Source: Lingula anatina (taxonomy: Eukaryota; Animalia; Brachiopoda). Taken from it: a stretch of DNA of 64,000 nucleotides. Where the stretch lies: the NCBI GenBank assembly GCA_051362555.1, contig CM120641.1:42538401-42602400 (forward strand), in the 5' to 3' direction. The number at the start of each line of letters is the position of its first letter. The stretch's first letter is position 1. Positions 38,401 to 53,100 of this stretch are shown here, in pieces. Position numbers and translations under genes: made by a program. The notes under the pieces were generated by a model. It made no database searches. It saw nothing but the letters and a program-made list of their open reading frames with translations, and was not told the DNA's origin.

Positions 38401-40242
38401 TCTTTTCTAGGCTATTGGCTCATCTGGTATTACCTACAAGTTTGTCAGAGGCAACGAGGCCAACCGCTTTGTCCTTGACCCCTCCACTGGTCGTATTACC
38501 ACCAATGCTGTTCTGAACTATGAGGCAACCCCTAGGTACCAGCTAGTGGTGACCACTGTCCAGGGGGAAAATGGCGGACCATCCAGCTCGGCCACTGTGA
38601 ATGTGAATGTAGTGGTAAGTGTGTGTTTTTGGCTCTTGAATGTGCCAACCGTTTCATGTATTTTCCCAAACAGCTAATCACAGTGTGGTGTTATTTGCTC
38701 CAGAATATGGTTCAGATGCTGTGTTATAAGCTGTCAAAAACTGGGAAAAGAAAATGTTTTTGTTTCATATTCAGAGCTATTGAATTAATGAGAACAGCAT
38801 TGTTTTTGGTATTTTTCATTCTGAAAAAAGTGCCTCTGTAATAAACATTCTTAATTGTTGTCAGTTGCACATACAAAAATATGATTATTGATAATAATCA
38901 AGTTTTTATGAAGTGGGACAAATTCACTTATGGATAATTAACTGAAGCATCTGTTTTATTCCCTACACAGGATCAGAACGACAGCCCCCCTACCTTTGAT
39001 GGGCAGAACTTGAATGCAGAAGTGTTGGAGAATGTGGACCTGGGACATTCCATTCTCAGAGTATCCGCCTCTGATCCTGACCCTGTACGTACACTAATTA
39101 CATGGGCCTTAGATTTCCAGAGAACTCGTAACAATCTTACCATACAATGGGAGGGGGGGTTTAGACCTTTATATTGCAAACTCATTAGTTTCAGCAATTT
39201 TAGTGTTGAAATTCCAAGGAGAATTGAATTTTAGTTTTGTACAGGTAGTTTTATAATAGGTACAATGCCCATTGCCATGTATCTTTAAATAGATAAAAAA
39301 AATCATAAAAAGCAGTGTACCTTGTGAAGATATCACTAATACTTCCATTGTTGTTTTTTCAACTATACCTCTAACACAACCTACCATTATGATAAAACAA
39401 TGAATCAAAGAAAGCATTTGTTCAAGTCTTTTAGTTTTAAAGTGTGTTTTATATGCAGCCAAAGCAAGATTTGCCATTCTTCTGCTCTTTTCTCCAGGGT
39501 CCATATGGTCTTTATTACCGTATTGCTAGTGTCTCTCCCAGCAGTGGCTCAGCACTGTTTTTCATGGACTCTGAGAGTGGAGATCTCAAGACAAAGACCA
39601 ACCTGGCCAGGGATAGATCTGTGTCTAATTTCCGGGTAATGTTTCTTTCATTATGATAGGTAGTATATTTAAGATGCCTGTTAGTACAAAGTTGTCCCTT
39701 TTTTCACAGAAAAAGCTCCTATGGATGAATTCATAATATCTTGAATATTCAAATATATTTATTTTTAAAGCACCTTTATCATGTTGTAATGACAGAAATT
39801 TATGATAATTTTATGTCAGATTTTAAATTTAGTTCACAGTAATTGTGTTTTTTTTTTCAGGTTGTCATAAGTGCTTCAGACACAGCACAGCCACCTCAGT
39901 CAGCCACCGTAACAGCCACAGTTACAATAATCAGAAATATGCACGACCCAGCGTTCAACCCATCCTCAGTGGGAGCAAGCATCAGTCACTCGGTGGACGT
40001 CGGAACACTACTGCGTACAATGATAGCCACAGATTTGGATACACGGGTAAGTGATTTCCACTCTTAAAGCACATTTATGTCTGGTTTTGTTGGCTTACTG
40101 TAGCACCAATAGTAGGTGACCGCCAAATCACAAGGAGCCAGAGCATCTTTAAACAACAACAGGCAAATTGACAAATTTTTGGAAATTATGGTGTGAATTA
40201 TTAAGAAAAGACTGATGTGCAATACACATTGTTTAGGATAGA

Positions 40243-40313
<71 letters not shown>

Positions 40314-43300
40314 TTATTATTGTTATACCAGGTGGTAAATGGCCCCACAGTATGAGTTACCTTCTCTTTTCAATTAAAATTTTTATATTTATTTAATGCC
40401 AGCCCGAGTTCAGATCAGTGAAATATTCCATCATTGGAGACGGGAAGGCCATGGATCTGTTTGATATCAGTGACACTGGGAGGATTACTGTGTCAAAAAG
40501 CCTGACAACAGATTCTGCTTTGACATACACGGTGAGTTGAGGAGGGTACCACTGTACCCCACATTAAGTCTGGCATTTAATGTCAACTTGATGCTGTCAC
40601 TCCTGACTTGCTATAGTTATTAAGAAAAAGAATGTATTCTTAAATGAATGACTTGTTGCACTGTCACTTTCATGTTTGGTAGGATTAACGCTTAACATAT
40701 TTTTTTATTGAATTTTATTACTGTCTTTATAATTTTTAGGGTTAATTTTTTGTGCCATTTTGATTTGGGTTATTGCATATATACATGGACAAATACGTTT
40801 ATTACAATTATAATACTTGTGACATTTGGTTCTTCTTGCAGTTTTATGTAAAGGCATTTCTGAACAATATTCCTGAACATGAAAATAAGACAAATTGAGT
40901 AACCATGGTTAAGACTGTATCTCAGTTCTTACCACGTAAATTTTCAAAGTAATAATCTCTGTCATAATTTTTGACTTTAAGCTAAGAGTATTGGCAACAG
41001 ATGGCGGCGGTCGCACAGGTACAGGAACAGTCACCGTAACAGTCAACAGAAACTTGAAAGCACCCGTGTTTCAGCGATTTGTGTATCCAGCACAAGTGGT
41101 TGACAACAAACCTCTGGGAGAGCCTTTCATCAACCTTTTAGCTATTGATGAAGACGTATTGGTAGGTTTGAGCAGATTGTGTTCTTGGAGATATCTCTAC
41201 TTAAGCCTTGTCATTTGGGAGCCCTCCACGCATAAAATGTCAATTTTGAGACTGCAAAATGTTATGTTATTTGATTCATGTTATGCTTTTCATTGCTCAC
41301 ACACATCTCAACAAATAAACTAACCCTCATATTTTTGAATTCTCACAAATGCTCAATTTTAAGTAATGTTAAAAGTCTATGATTCAACATTACAGGCTCC
41401 TCACAATGAGGTAGAATACTACCTGTATACAGGCGGTAACCAAGGGTCCACTGGTCAGAACAGTGGTAATCAGGTCTCTCCAGATGCTGGAGACTATTTC
41501 TATGTGGACAAATACACTGGGGAGATCAGTTTGAGGAAGTCACTGGCCACAGATCCTTACAATAGGACAGTGTTTTTTGTGAGTTTGAATCATTACAACT
41601 TGTTAAATATACAGATTGAAAGTTTTATAGTATTTTACCGATGTGTACTTCAAGAATTTATGAAATAATTATTTTATACAGAACTATTTTTTTATTTTGT
41701 GTTACATATAAAGTCCACTGTCATGAATTGCACTGAGACATCTTCACTGTTAAACAAAAACCACAAGTTCATGTTCATATTTAAGATTTAATTCTTTAAA
41801 AATAAGATAAGAGACAAGCAGAATTTTAAAAAATACTATTACATGCATTATGAATAAGAGTGATGTGTGAGATAGTAGTTTGTAATGTTTTAATCCATAT
41901 GATTAATTTGCAAATTGGTTTCCTGTCCTCAGTTCTATGTCGTTGCTCGTGATCGTGGGCAACCTCAGCGTAAAACCAGCACCCCTGTCCCGGTACGAGT
42001 CGAAGTGAAACGCAACTCGCATGCACCAATCTTCTTCCCTGGCCAATATGCGAAGACGATGAACCAGAATGCAGTCATAGGGACAACTGTGGTTCTTGTC
42101 AATGCAACTGATAGAGATCCTGATGTAAGTCATATGCTGAAGGTGAAAATCAATAATGTTACCTTTATAGTTGAGACAGAATACAAGATAATTCATTGAA
42201 ATTTCAGGATTGTCATTTGCTTTCAGTGAAAATTAAGGTATATTTGTAATCCCACAACATCATTATAAATAATTATATGCTTACTTTGTTGTTAGGCTTT
42301 ATGCAAATAGTTGTATGACTCAGATCCATGTATTTCCATAATTCTTGTCTACAAACATAACCACTGTTTTTTTTTTTCTTATCAATATTTTAAGACAATG
42401 ATCACCATGTATTTTTTCTTTCTAGAATGCTCACAATGTTATCAGGTATGAAATCATAGGAGATGGCACTGCAGCTCAGTATTTCTCTATCAACCCAGTA
42501 ACGGGTATGATACGAATAAAGAATAACCTCGGCAGGGATCCCACAGATGTGTACAATGTTCGTGTGATTGCACGGGATAACGGCAATCCTCCACGCACAG
42601 CCACTGCCATTGTTAAAGTGACTGTCAACAGAAATTTCAAGGCCCCAGTGTTCAACCAGTCTTCCTGGGATTTCAGAATCTTAGAGACACAAACTCTGGG
42701 GGTTGGCATTGGACAGGTGCATGCTATTGATGAGGACCCACAGGTATGGTATGGTGGTACGGTGGCCTGCAGGTGCAACTTGGCAGAATTACCTCTAAAA
42801 CAATTGTTGTGCTTTATTTTTCTCAATAATTGATTTAAATCAAGAGAAGCATCATGTAACAACATAGACCAAAAAATACAACTACACAATACCTTCATAC
42901 ATATAAATTCAACACAGACTTGTTATTTATTGTTGGACAAAGGATAAGCCAATCACACTTATTCACCATTCATTCCTTCATTCAGTTGACTATATTTTGA
43001 TGGCAAATCTTATTTATATTAAAAAACAAATACAAAATATAACTTCTCTCTGCCTAATTAAAAAATTAACTGAATCACACTTTCGTTCATGCTATTAATA
43101 CAGAAAAGCTCAGAATTGTGAAAATGAATAAAAAAGTAATTTGTTAGTAACTGGATGATATCTCTTTAGACTCAGATCATGATTGTTTTGAATAAATGTT
43201 TTGTTCTTTTCACCATCCCAGCCACCACATAATACAGTCAGATACTTCTTAGTTGGGAATGACAAGGCAAAGGAATATTTTGGTGTACGCCCAGACTCTG

Positions 43301-46300
43301 GTCAGATTTACGTCAAGCAGGCTTTGGTTTTGGACCCAAGTAAAACTGACATTTACAATGTAAGATGGAGAAATTATACTGTAGCAATTGATAAGGATGA
43401 CTCTGTCTCTGAATTTTGACTTTAGATGGAAATGTTCAGTGCAGTTGATTTTTTTCACACTGATTTTCATCTCAAGTCAGTCAAGTAAGAGATAGCGTCT
43501 TCTTTGATACATTGTTTATTATACATTATACTTAATTAAAGTTGTTTATTTCACATTAAAGCCGCAGGAGGATGATGCAGATGCAGTAAGATTTCATCTC
43601 CAATTTAACAAAAGCATTGTCCTTGTATTTTGCTTCCCAGTGTCAATAGTTATGTTCTAGTGTATTTTGCATGTCACTATCACTTTGAAGATAATTGCAT
43701 CATTTTCTTTCTTATTATTGAGGTTATCGTTTATGAGTCTTGTGTCTATGTTACATGACACTTTTGTTAATTACTTTGTGGATATATAAGATTTTTGCTT
43801 CCACAGAACGTTACATGTTTAAATTCTTTATAATACAGCTTCAATATGCTTCAACCAGCATTTTAATGAAATGTTTTTTTTTTAAATCTTGATCACATTA
43901 TAATTGTGAGCATTATTTATTTGGTATCTACATTTTTCCCTAGCAATAGATAATAGTTTTTCTGGTATTTGCTATTTATATATTTTTTTTTTATGTATTT
44001 AAGAAGGAATCAGTTCAAATAATTTTATTTAAAGGGTCTTGATTCTATGATGACTGCATTGTAAGATAACTAAGTATTGACACACATTACAGTCATCATG
44101 GTTTAGGATCCTTTTGAATGTGTATTTTATGTTCCTCACTTTGTCCTCACCATTTGGTTTTCAGTTATTTATTGGTGCACAAGACTTAGGTTCTCCACAG
44201 CGTAATAGCTCAATCACGGTCCCTGTGTCTGTCACTGTGCTGCGTAACAAATACCCACCAAGATTCACTGGCCCAACAAGGAACATCAGCATACCTTACA
44301 ATTACAGCACCAATGTCAGAATTATTACTGTTACTGCCACAGATGGAGATGATCCGGTAAGAGAAGAAGTTAGCTACATAAATTTTAGACTCTTTGTATG
44401 GATATTTTCATTTTCATCTTTATTTGTAGTCTGATTTTGTTATTTTTATTAAATCATAGGACATATTATTGAATACATATAGAGTTATAGTATGTTTACA
44501 CTAGGTGTTTTTGCACAGGCATGAGAAAGTATACATAGGATCTGTAGAAATTATAGTTCTTAATAAAGTTGATGATTGGACTGCTTAGCTCATTATAAAA
44601 AAACTAAGCCATAAATGAATTAAAGACAAATAAATGACATAAAAGACAAAAATTATTGTATAAGAATGTTTACTTTTTTGGCTCGAGCACATTTGAAGCC
44701 CCCAAGCAAGAATTTTTTAAGAAACTAGACATTATAGTATAGAGTCTCATGACCTGTTATCCTGAAATTGGTATTCGTAATATCTGTCTATGAACAACAA
44801 ATTTTGCTTAACTTTCCAGGATGGTTTTGGACATTTAACGTACAACATCATTGGGGATGGGCCTGCAACTCGTTACTTCCATGTTGGTGAAAATACAGGA
44901 ATTATAACTTTGAGAGAGACCATTCATAATGACACCAACTCTGTTTACACTGTAAGTTTATAAACAGGGGTCTATCACTGAGAGTCATTTTATGTATTGT
45001 GCTGAGATAGTCATTTCATGTGTTTAACTGATATATCAAAAGAGTTGACTGTGTATTAATACATAGCATACTTTTGAAAAATAACCTGCATTAAATTTTC
45101 AATGGATCTGTCTTGTTTTATAAAATGATAAGTTGTATCTATTTTAATTCAATTTTTTTTTCATTGTTCACAATTCCAAAGAAAGTATGGAATTTTGAAG
45201 CATATACTTTTTAATGTTACTTTAATACTTGAAATTTGTAAATACATTGCTACACAGTCACATTGCTTAGACATTTAAGATATTTGTCCTTGCTTTCCAA
45301 TAAAGGCATCGTACTGCTATCATATTATTCATACTGTGCAGTAACTGATTTTATTTATCATCCTATAGATTCGTGTAGAAGCTGTGGATAATGGCTACCC
45401 TCCCAGGCGTGACACAAGGATTGTGACAGTACTAGTAAACAGGAACTTGAACCAACCAAGGTTTGCTATTACCCAGTACACGGCAGATATCTTGGAAACA
45501 CAAGGACTTATGACTGAATTCCCAACATCTCCTGGTGACATAGTGTGTTATGATGTGGATACCAATGTAAGTATACAACTTCACCCACTACATTTAACAG
45601 TTTTAAAGCTAACACAATGCAGACTTCATTTGTCTCAACTAACTCAATCTCAACAAACACAATCCCCCCAAAAAGATTAAGTATGACATATTATAGTCTC
45701 CTTGTAAATATGTGTAACTGTTTAATATCATCTACCTTAATTTTTTACCCCTCGATGTCATCAAACACAATATCATCCATATTTGTTTAATATTGCATTT
45801 CTGACTGAGAAAACTAACCAACAGAGTGATGCCTAATATACAATTCATTTTGTCCTGAAAAGTTATATAACATAAACATCTGGAAAATGATTCAATACAA
45901 TTACTTTGATAAAAGTAATCTTTTAATAATATGAAGAATACTGTCATGTCTGGTTGATGTGCTGTGAGTGTAATTTGTCCAAAAAATTGAATAATGTAGT
46001 ATTTTTCCTATTTTTCAATCTCTTCATACTTACAGACACAGCTGGAGTATAAGCTGGTTGGGGAGGTGACCCCAGGAGGACTAAGCTACTTTGGGATCAA
46101 TAAAGCAACTGGGAAATTATATGCAAAGACAGATCTCAGACTTGGGGACAGGGAGACATATAGTGTAAGTTTTCATAGCTGTCCCATATTTCAAATCTTT
46201 TTGTCCTTAATGCTGTGCATATCTATTTATCTATTTTATATATAGATGAAAATACATATAGATAAAAGACGTGTAGAAAACCATTAATTTTCTTTCTGCA

Positions 46301-47120
46301 TATACAACTATAGGACAAACAAGTTCTTGTAGGTCTTTTTCTCTGCAAGTCTTTAGTTTTCCAAAATAACCATGTGTCCACCAATCTTCACTTCCAGTTT
46401 TCTGTGAGGTGTTCTGACAATGGTAACCCACCAAAGGAGAGCTCAAATCTTGCTGTGGTAACTGTGAGAGTCCATCGTAACCTGCACGCCCCGAGATTTA
46501 CCCAGGGTGTTAATTATGCCACCAATCTGACTCAAGACACAGCCCCAGGGACATTTGTGTTTGATGTGGATACCACAGATGATGATGACAAGGTAGAAAT
46601 GCGTTATTGTCATTATCTCACCATTTTTTAGCAACAAAATTTTATGAATTACTTTTACCTTCCTTATTTGTCATGCAGCTTTCTGTGATGAATAATAAAA
46701 ACTTGATATTAATCATTTCATCGGACTCGATTTTGTCACTGTGAGTTCAAATGTTACATTGTTACACACTGAAACATTGTAGCATTTGACACAAATTATA
46801 AAACAGATTGAAAGCTTATTTTTTGTAGACTAAGTGTCATTTTAAAATACAAACTCACATATCTTTTAATTTAAATTACATTTGCAGGCACCATTTAATG
46901 TTGTGCGATATGAGATTGTTGGTGACTTTCCATCTCCTCAGTACTTTGCTATTGATGAAACTACTGGACGTATCATTGTTAAGGAAAATCTTACTGGAGT
47001 GGGAGCTGGTGACTTTAAAGTGAGTAATAAAAATTGGTTTTAAAACTTTGGTTGATTCGATTCAATAAGATTTGGTTTCCTTTTGATACTGTTGGGTTTG
47101 TTAAGTGAAGACAAGTGTCA

Positions 47121-47171
<51 letters not shown>

Positions 47172-50100
47172 TCCAGATTGCAGTTAGAGCCTATGACGGT
47201 GGTGCCCCTGAAAAAAGTACTATCCAAGTTGTTACTGTGTCAGTCAGTCGCAATCTGCACTCCCCTGTTATTGACGAACCACGATCTCTCTCAGATAGCG
47301 TGCAGATCTTGGAGACCCTTGGGATATACATTACCTTTTACAAGGTCAATGGTTCAGATAAAGATACCACTGTAAGTGTTATTATAGCTCAGTTTTGAAT
47401 TTTCATTGTTTTTGAAATGTTTATTTGTTACTTTCAAAAATAAGAAAATGCCAATATTATACAATGCTCATATTTGTAAGTGTAATCCACAGTGTTAATA
47501 CAAGTGTACTTTCAAAGTCAAGATGTTGCCTTACCTGATATTTTGGATAGCATAAGTCTCATAATAATGTAATGACAAATCCACCAACACATACATGATT
47601 CATTAAAGCATTTTAGCAACAATTTGCCAAGAAGAATTTCACAGCTATTAATTTCAGTATAACATGAGACAAGGTGGCAGTTACTAACTATAACGCACCC
47701 ACTTAACAATTTGTCATTTATTTCCCTCTACCAGAGCCACAAATACAAGAGTTTCACTGGATACATACAGATTTTGACGTCACTACCTGAGAATATTTTT
47801 GTGCAGTGAGGATTTATTTGCACATGACCTAGCTAGCTTCTAAGTGGCGAATCCAGAGATATTTTCTGACTGTCTTCTGAATTATCTTTGTTGATCCATT
47901 CTCCATTTTTGACTGTCTTATGGCAGAAAAAATTAGATGCCGGTTAATGTTCACTTGAAAAATTCTGATGGTCTTCCCAATGCCCAGAAGACGGCTTCCA
48001 TCTACTCCTTCTAGAGAGAGTATTGCAGATTTATTACAATTTTACATATTGCTTTTTCCAGTCTCCAGCCAACAAAGTGAACTATGAAATAGTGGACAGT
48101 TTGGTGGAGAGGACCTTCTTTGAAGTGAACCCTGACACTGGCGAGGTGTACCTCAGAAGGAATATCCTTGGACAAACAACACCTGCATACACAGTAAGCA
48201 TTATTATCTTTTTATTATCATGATGATGGTTACAGGAAGAGTCCATTCCTGCATGTCACATTTTTAAATTCATAGCCTTAGATAAATTATTGAAAAATTT
48301 AAGATACTGACCATAATTAAAATCAATGAAGTTATTTAACTTACAGATAACTATTTAGTTATACTCTGCTAATAATTTAACTTAAAACACTTAAAATTTC
48401 TTTGAAAAAGAGAATTTTTAGTTAAGTTTTAAAACAATATTTCACAAGTCAAAGCTCAAGTATCAATGAACTGCAAATTCTGAAGTTAGTTTGAAAATTT
48501 TGTTTGCAGTTTTTAAGGTAAATTGGTTTGATTCAAGAAATGCACTAATGTTAGGAGATAAATATAATTTCCAAAAGAAATATTAGATTCTCTACAAAAG
48601 CTATTTTTCTATATATTTTATTTAGAAAGCTGGCACAGGTAGCAGTTGTAAATAACTGTGTTACACACTCAACTTTCAGTTTCTATATTTTGGGAAAATA
48701 ATAGTACGTAAAACATTTTTCAGCTGAGAATAAGGGCAAAAGATGGTGGCCTAGTACCCCGTTACTCTCAGACCATGACGTTAACTGTGAGAGTTCTACG
48801 CAATCTGCACACACCATATTTCACCAGTGAGCAGTATCACAAAGCCACTATTCCACAGAGTATGCCAGAGAACAGCCCAATACTGGCAGTCACAGCTGAC
48901 GATGATGATCAACCAGTAAGTCACATTTGAGTAAAAAAATCTGTGTGTTTGAGGGTGTAAGTTTTACTCAATGAAAAGGTAAATAGCAGCATAAAGTGAC
49001 TATAAAGTTACATTTTATTTAAAAGATTGGTTTGAAAGACTTAATTTTTCAGTTTAATTAAATATTAAAAAAAGTTAATATTTAAAAATATAAAAAAATT
49101 AATACTTAAATGCAAGGAGCAGATAATTTTTAAATAAGATAAGTTTAATCTCTACTTTTGATTATAATTTATTTTATTTAAGAAACATACCATGATATTC
49201 ATTTCTCATTTATATTTATTCCTTTCAGCCCTTCAACCGTGTGTTCTTTGAGCTTCTTGGTTATGACCCAGCCCCAAACTTTTTCAAAGTCAACAAGTTT
49301 ACTGGCCAGATCACAACAGCGCAGGATCTGAGCCGCGACAGCACGGCTGTGTACACTCTGCTGGTTCGTGCATATGACACAGGCGTGCCAGCAAAGACAA
49401 ACACCACAGAAGTCGTGATCACAGTGGATCGTAACCAGAGAGCACCTGTGTTTGACCCCACCTTCTATGAAGAGACAGTACCCGAAATCATCAACCCAAG
49501 TCAGACTATTGTGACAGTGTCTGCTACAGATGATGACACACGGTCACCATATAACGATGTACGGTACAAGCTGGCTGGTAGGTATGAGGACAGGGAATAC
49601 TTTTATGTGGAACCAGAATCAGGGCGTATCACTGTGCGGAAGTCACTAGCACTAGAACCAAGCAGGGCTAGGATGTACTCTCTGAAAGTTATTGCTTACG
49701 ACTTGGGAACCCCCAGCAGAGAGTCCCAGGTCCCTGCAACTGTTAATATTACTGTGGCTCGTAATGACCATGCCCCATTCTTCATAAATCTGCCTGCGAA
49801 CATCAGCGTCAGGGAAGATGAGGTGCGGTACACGGATCTGTTCAAAGTGGAAGCCAGGGATGATGACACAACGGTGAGTGCCTCAGCTGAACTGATTATG
49901 ATTTGACATTTTATATACAAGTACAATGGTCAAGAGAAATCAGGAAGATTTTATTAATTGGTAGAGCATGTGGGGAGCAGAATCTCCCATTTTGATTTGG
50001 AAAATGGAAAGGTCAGCTTTGGAAAGAAAACTGAAGGTCATGCTTCATTTTTAATTCTGATCTACATTATTTTCTAAAGAATTAAAAGTGATTATGTATA

Positions 50101-53100
50101 ATATTGATATGATATAAAAAAGCAACAAAATCAAAATATAAGTTTTTGTTTTTCAAAGGACTGAAAAGAATGTTACATCAAGAAATATTCTCCTACGTCC
50201 TTTATAGATGATCAAGCTTCTGTATAACATTGTTTTATGAAATTCCAGCCACCATTTGGCCAGTTTACCATGGAAGGTGTTGGAATGGGCTCAGCAACTT
50301 CATTCTTTGAAATTTTGAGCAACGGGCAACTGCGCAACCGTGCTGACCTTCGAACTAGCCCTCAGAGAGAATACACATTCAATGTCCAGGCCAAGGATAG
50401 GGGGCAACCACCCAAGACAGCCTCAGGCGTCATCTATATCACAGTGCTGAGAAACCTTAAAATGCCTATAATGTCAAGTACCAGTAATACTACTACTATT
50501 CTTGAGACTCAAACTCCAGGTGTTCCTATATTTAGAGTCTTGGCAACAGATGAAGACAACAATCCTCCAAATAACCAACTGACGTATAATATTTCGAGGG
50601 TGCTTGAGGGACCAGTGCAGACATATTTTGGCATTCAACCTAATGGTGATATTTATGTGAAGCAACCACTGACATCTGAACCAACTAATTTGCCTCAGTA
50701 CAGGGTAAGCTGTAAATAATTGTGAATTATAAAATATCATCAATCAACATAAAAAATACTATTTTGTTTTTTATTCTTGAATCAGATCCACAACAGACAT
50801 TTTAATTAATCTTATTTGCCTGTTAGTGTAGTTTCATTCTATTTTTATTACCAGTAACTTAAACCAAAAATAAAAACGTATTAACAGCTAAACTATCCAC
50901 TTGTGCTGGTTTTAAAATTGGTGCAGTCACACCCAAAAATAACACCTAACACAATTCTGTATAGCATAACCCATTGCGATGCTGTCACACCTAACACAAT
51001 TCTGTATAGCATAACCCATTGTGATGTTGTCTCACCTAACACAATAATTCATTGCAGTTCCATGTGCTGGCCACTGATGGAGGCAGTCCTCCAAAGGAAG
51101 CTCCTGTGCCAACGACAATGATCATCAACGTTATTCACAACCTGTACCCTCCAGAGTTCCTCAACAATACTGTGGAAGTCAACATCCAACAGACAGCTAG
51201 AGTGGGAACGATAATTGCCAGAGTTTTTGCCAGAGACAGGGACAGTTATCGACCATTTAATACTGTAGAGTATGACATTAATGGTGATGATACTGCACCT
51301 TTGTTCTTCTCTGTGAACCAGCAGGGTCTGGTCACTCTGTCATCCACATTGGATACTGCCACTGCTGATAAGAAAACATACTATGTAAGTTTCATCAAGA
51401 TTTGTCATGTGAATTTATTTTCCTCCCTCTTTGCCATTATTTGTCCAACAAACAGCCCTCATAGTATCATTGTAACATATTTAATCCTATAATGACATGG
51501 ATGAAAATTATAATCTTCTGAAATCTAAGGCAGTATCTTTATGTTTAATTCAGATGGACTTATATTGGTCATATTCAATTGCTCCAGAAACATATTTGAA
51601 TTAGACAATGAGGATTTTTTTTTGTCTTATCAGATACGCGTGCGTGCAAGAGACGGCGGACAACCACGTAAAGAAGACACCATGCAAATCATCGTGCATG
51701 TGAGTCGCAATCTAAATGCCCCAATCTTCACAAGGCGCAGTTATCCTGGAAAGATTAAGGAGACTATGGGCGTGGGACAGTTTATTTTAACGGTTTCAGC
51801 CTCTGACCAAGACTCTGGTCCCCCTGAGAATACCATCACCTATTCCACCAACAGCGATACTTTTGCTGTGAATGCTGATACTGGAATTGTCACATTAAAG
51901 AAATCTGTGTTGGGATCTACACAAACCTCCTACACAGTGAGTATATTGGAGTTGTCATTCCTTGCTCTGAATAATATCCAACATCAGCATCACATCTAAC
52001 ACAATATAAAATTCTAGTTGCATGCAAGTCTGTGATTGGCTTTGCTGTTGTCACATGTTATATGTCACATGACCAAGCTTGAGAAAGTGAATATACAAGT
52101 AGTTCATTGTTTTAGATAATAGGTACACAAGTAGATTGAACACATAACAATGCATATTGTGCTCCATAGAGTATCACATCTGACATGATATCAATACCAC
52201 ACAACATACACAAATCTTAATAGGCCACTTCAAAAACCTCTATTACCGAAAGTACATTTTTTACCTTGTACAATACTATGTTAACATAGGTTGCACCTAC
52301 CTGCACCTACCAACCAACGCAAAAGCTCATTTTTATTAAATTTTTCATGAAAACTCCAAATCCCTATGATGCATGCTACCAGTATTTGTTCCTGTATTTC
52401 AGTTTAATGTTATTGCTACGGACCAAGGCGACCCACCCAGGAGCTCCAGTCCATCTCAAGTATCAATTACCGTTGTACGAAATGCAGCGCCACGGTTCAT
52501 AGGCGAGCCGTATTCTACCAATATAAGCCAGTACACAGAAACCAATGTGGCCATTTTCACAATGAATGCAAGGGATCCTAACAATGACCCCATAGCAAGA
52601 GAGTTCTATCAGCTTACATATACAATAATCGGAGATGATGGCGCTCCTGCCTACTTTGACATTGGTACCAATGGTGTTGTCACTGTAAAGGGAGATTTGA
52701 CGGAGGATGATGCTGTGACCTATCAGGTAACTATAACTGTAGCTACTTTGTGTTATCTTTTACATTATATTTATTAAGTGAAAACATTAGTACTACATAC
52801 AGCAATATATTTCTAGTTGGTTAATACAGCAAAATGTAACACTGACAGCAGTAGCGTGGCCATTCTTACTCTTTGCTCTATTACTAAGGCAAGACCAACT
52901 GAAAGTATATGATCTTATTTTCAAATGGAAATTCCAGATTGTCAAAAACAAAAATGTCCTCATTCCAACGCCTGCCAGTTAGGTGCACAATATATCATGT
53001 TTGACACGTTTCACAAAGAATTGTTACAAACAACAACTATGTCTCCCTTTTTCTCCACAGCTGCGTGCCAGAGTCTGTGACGGAGGAACTCCAAATTTGT

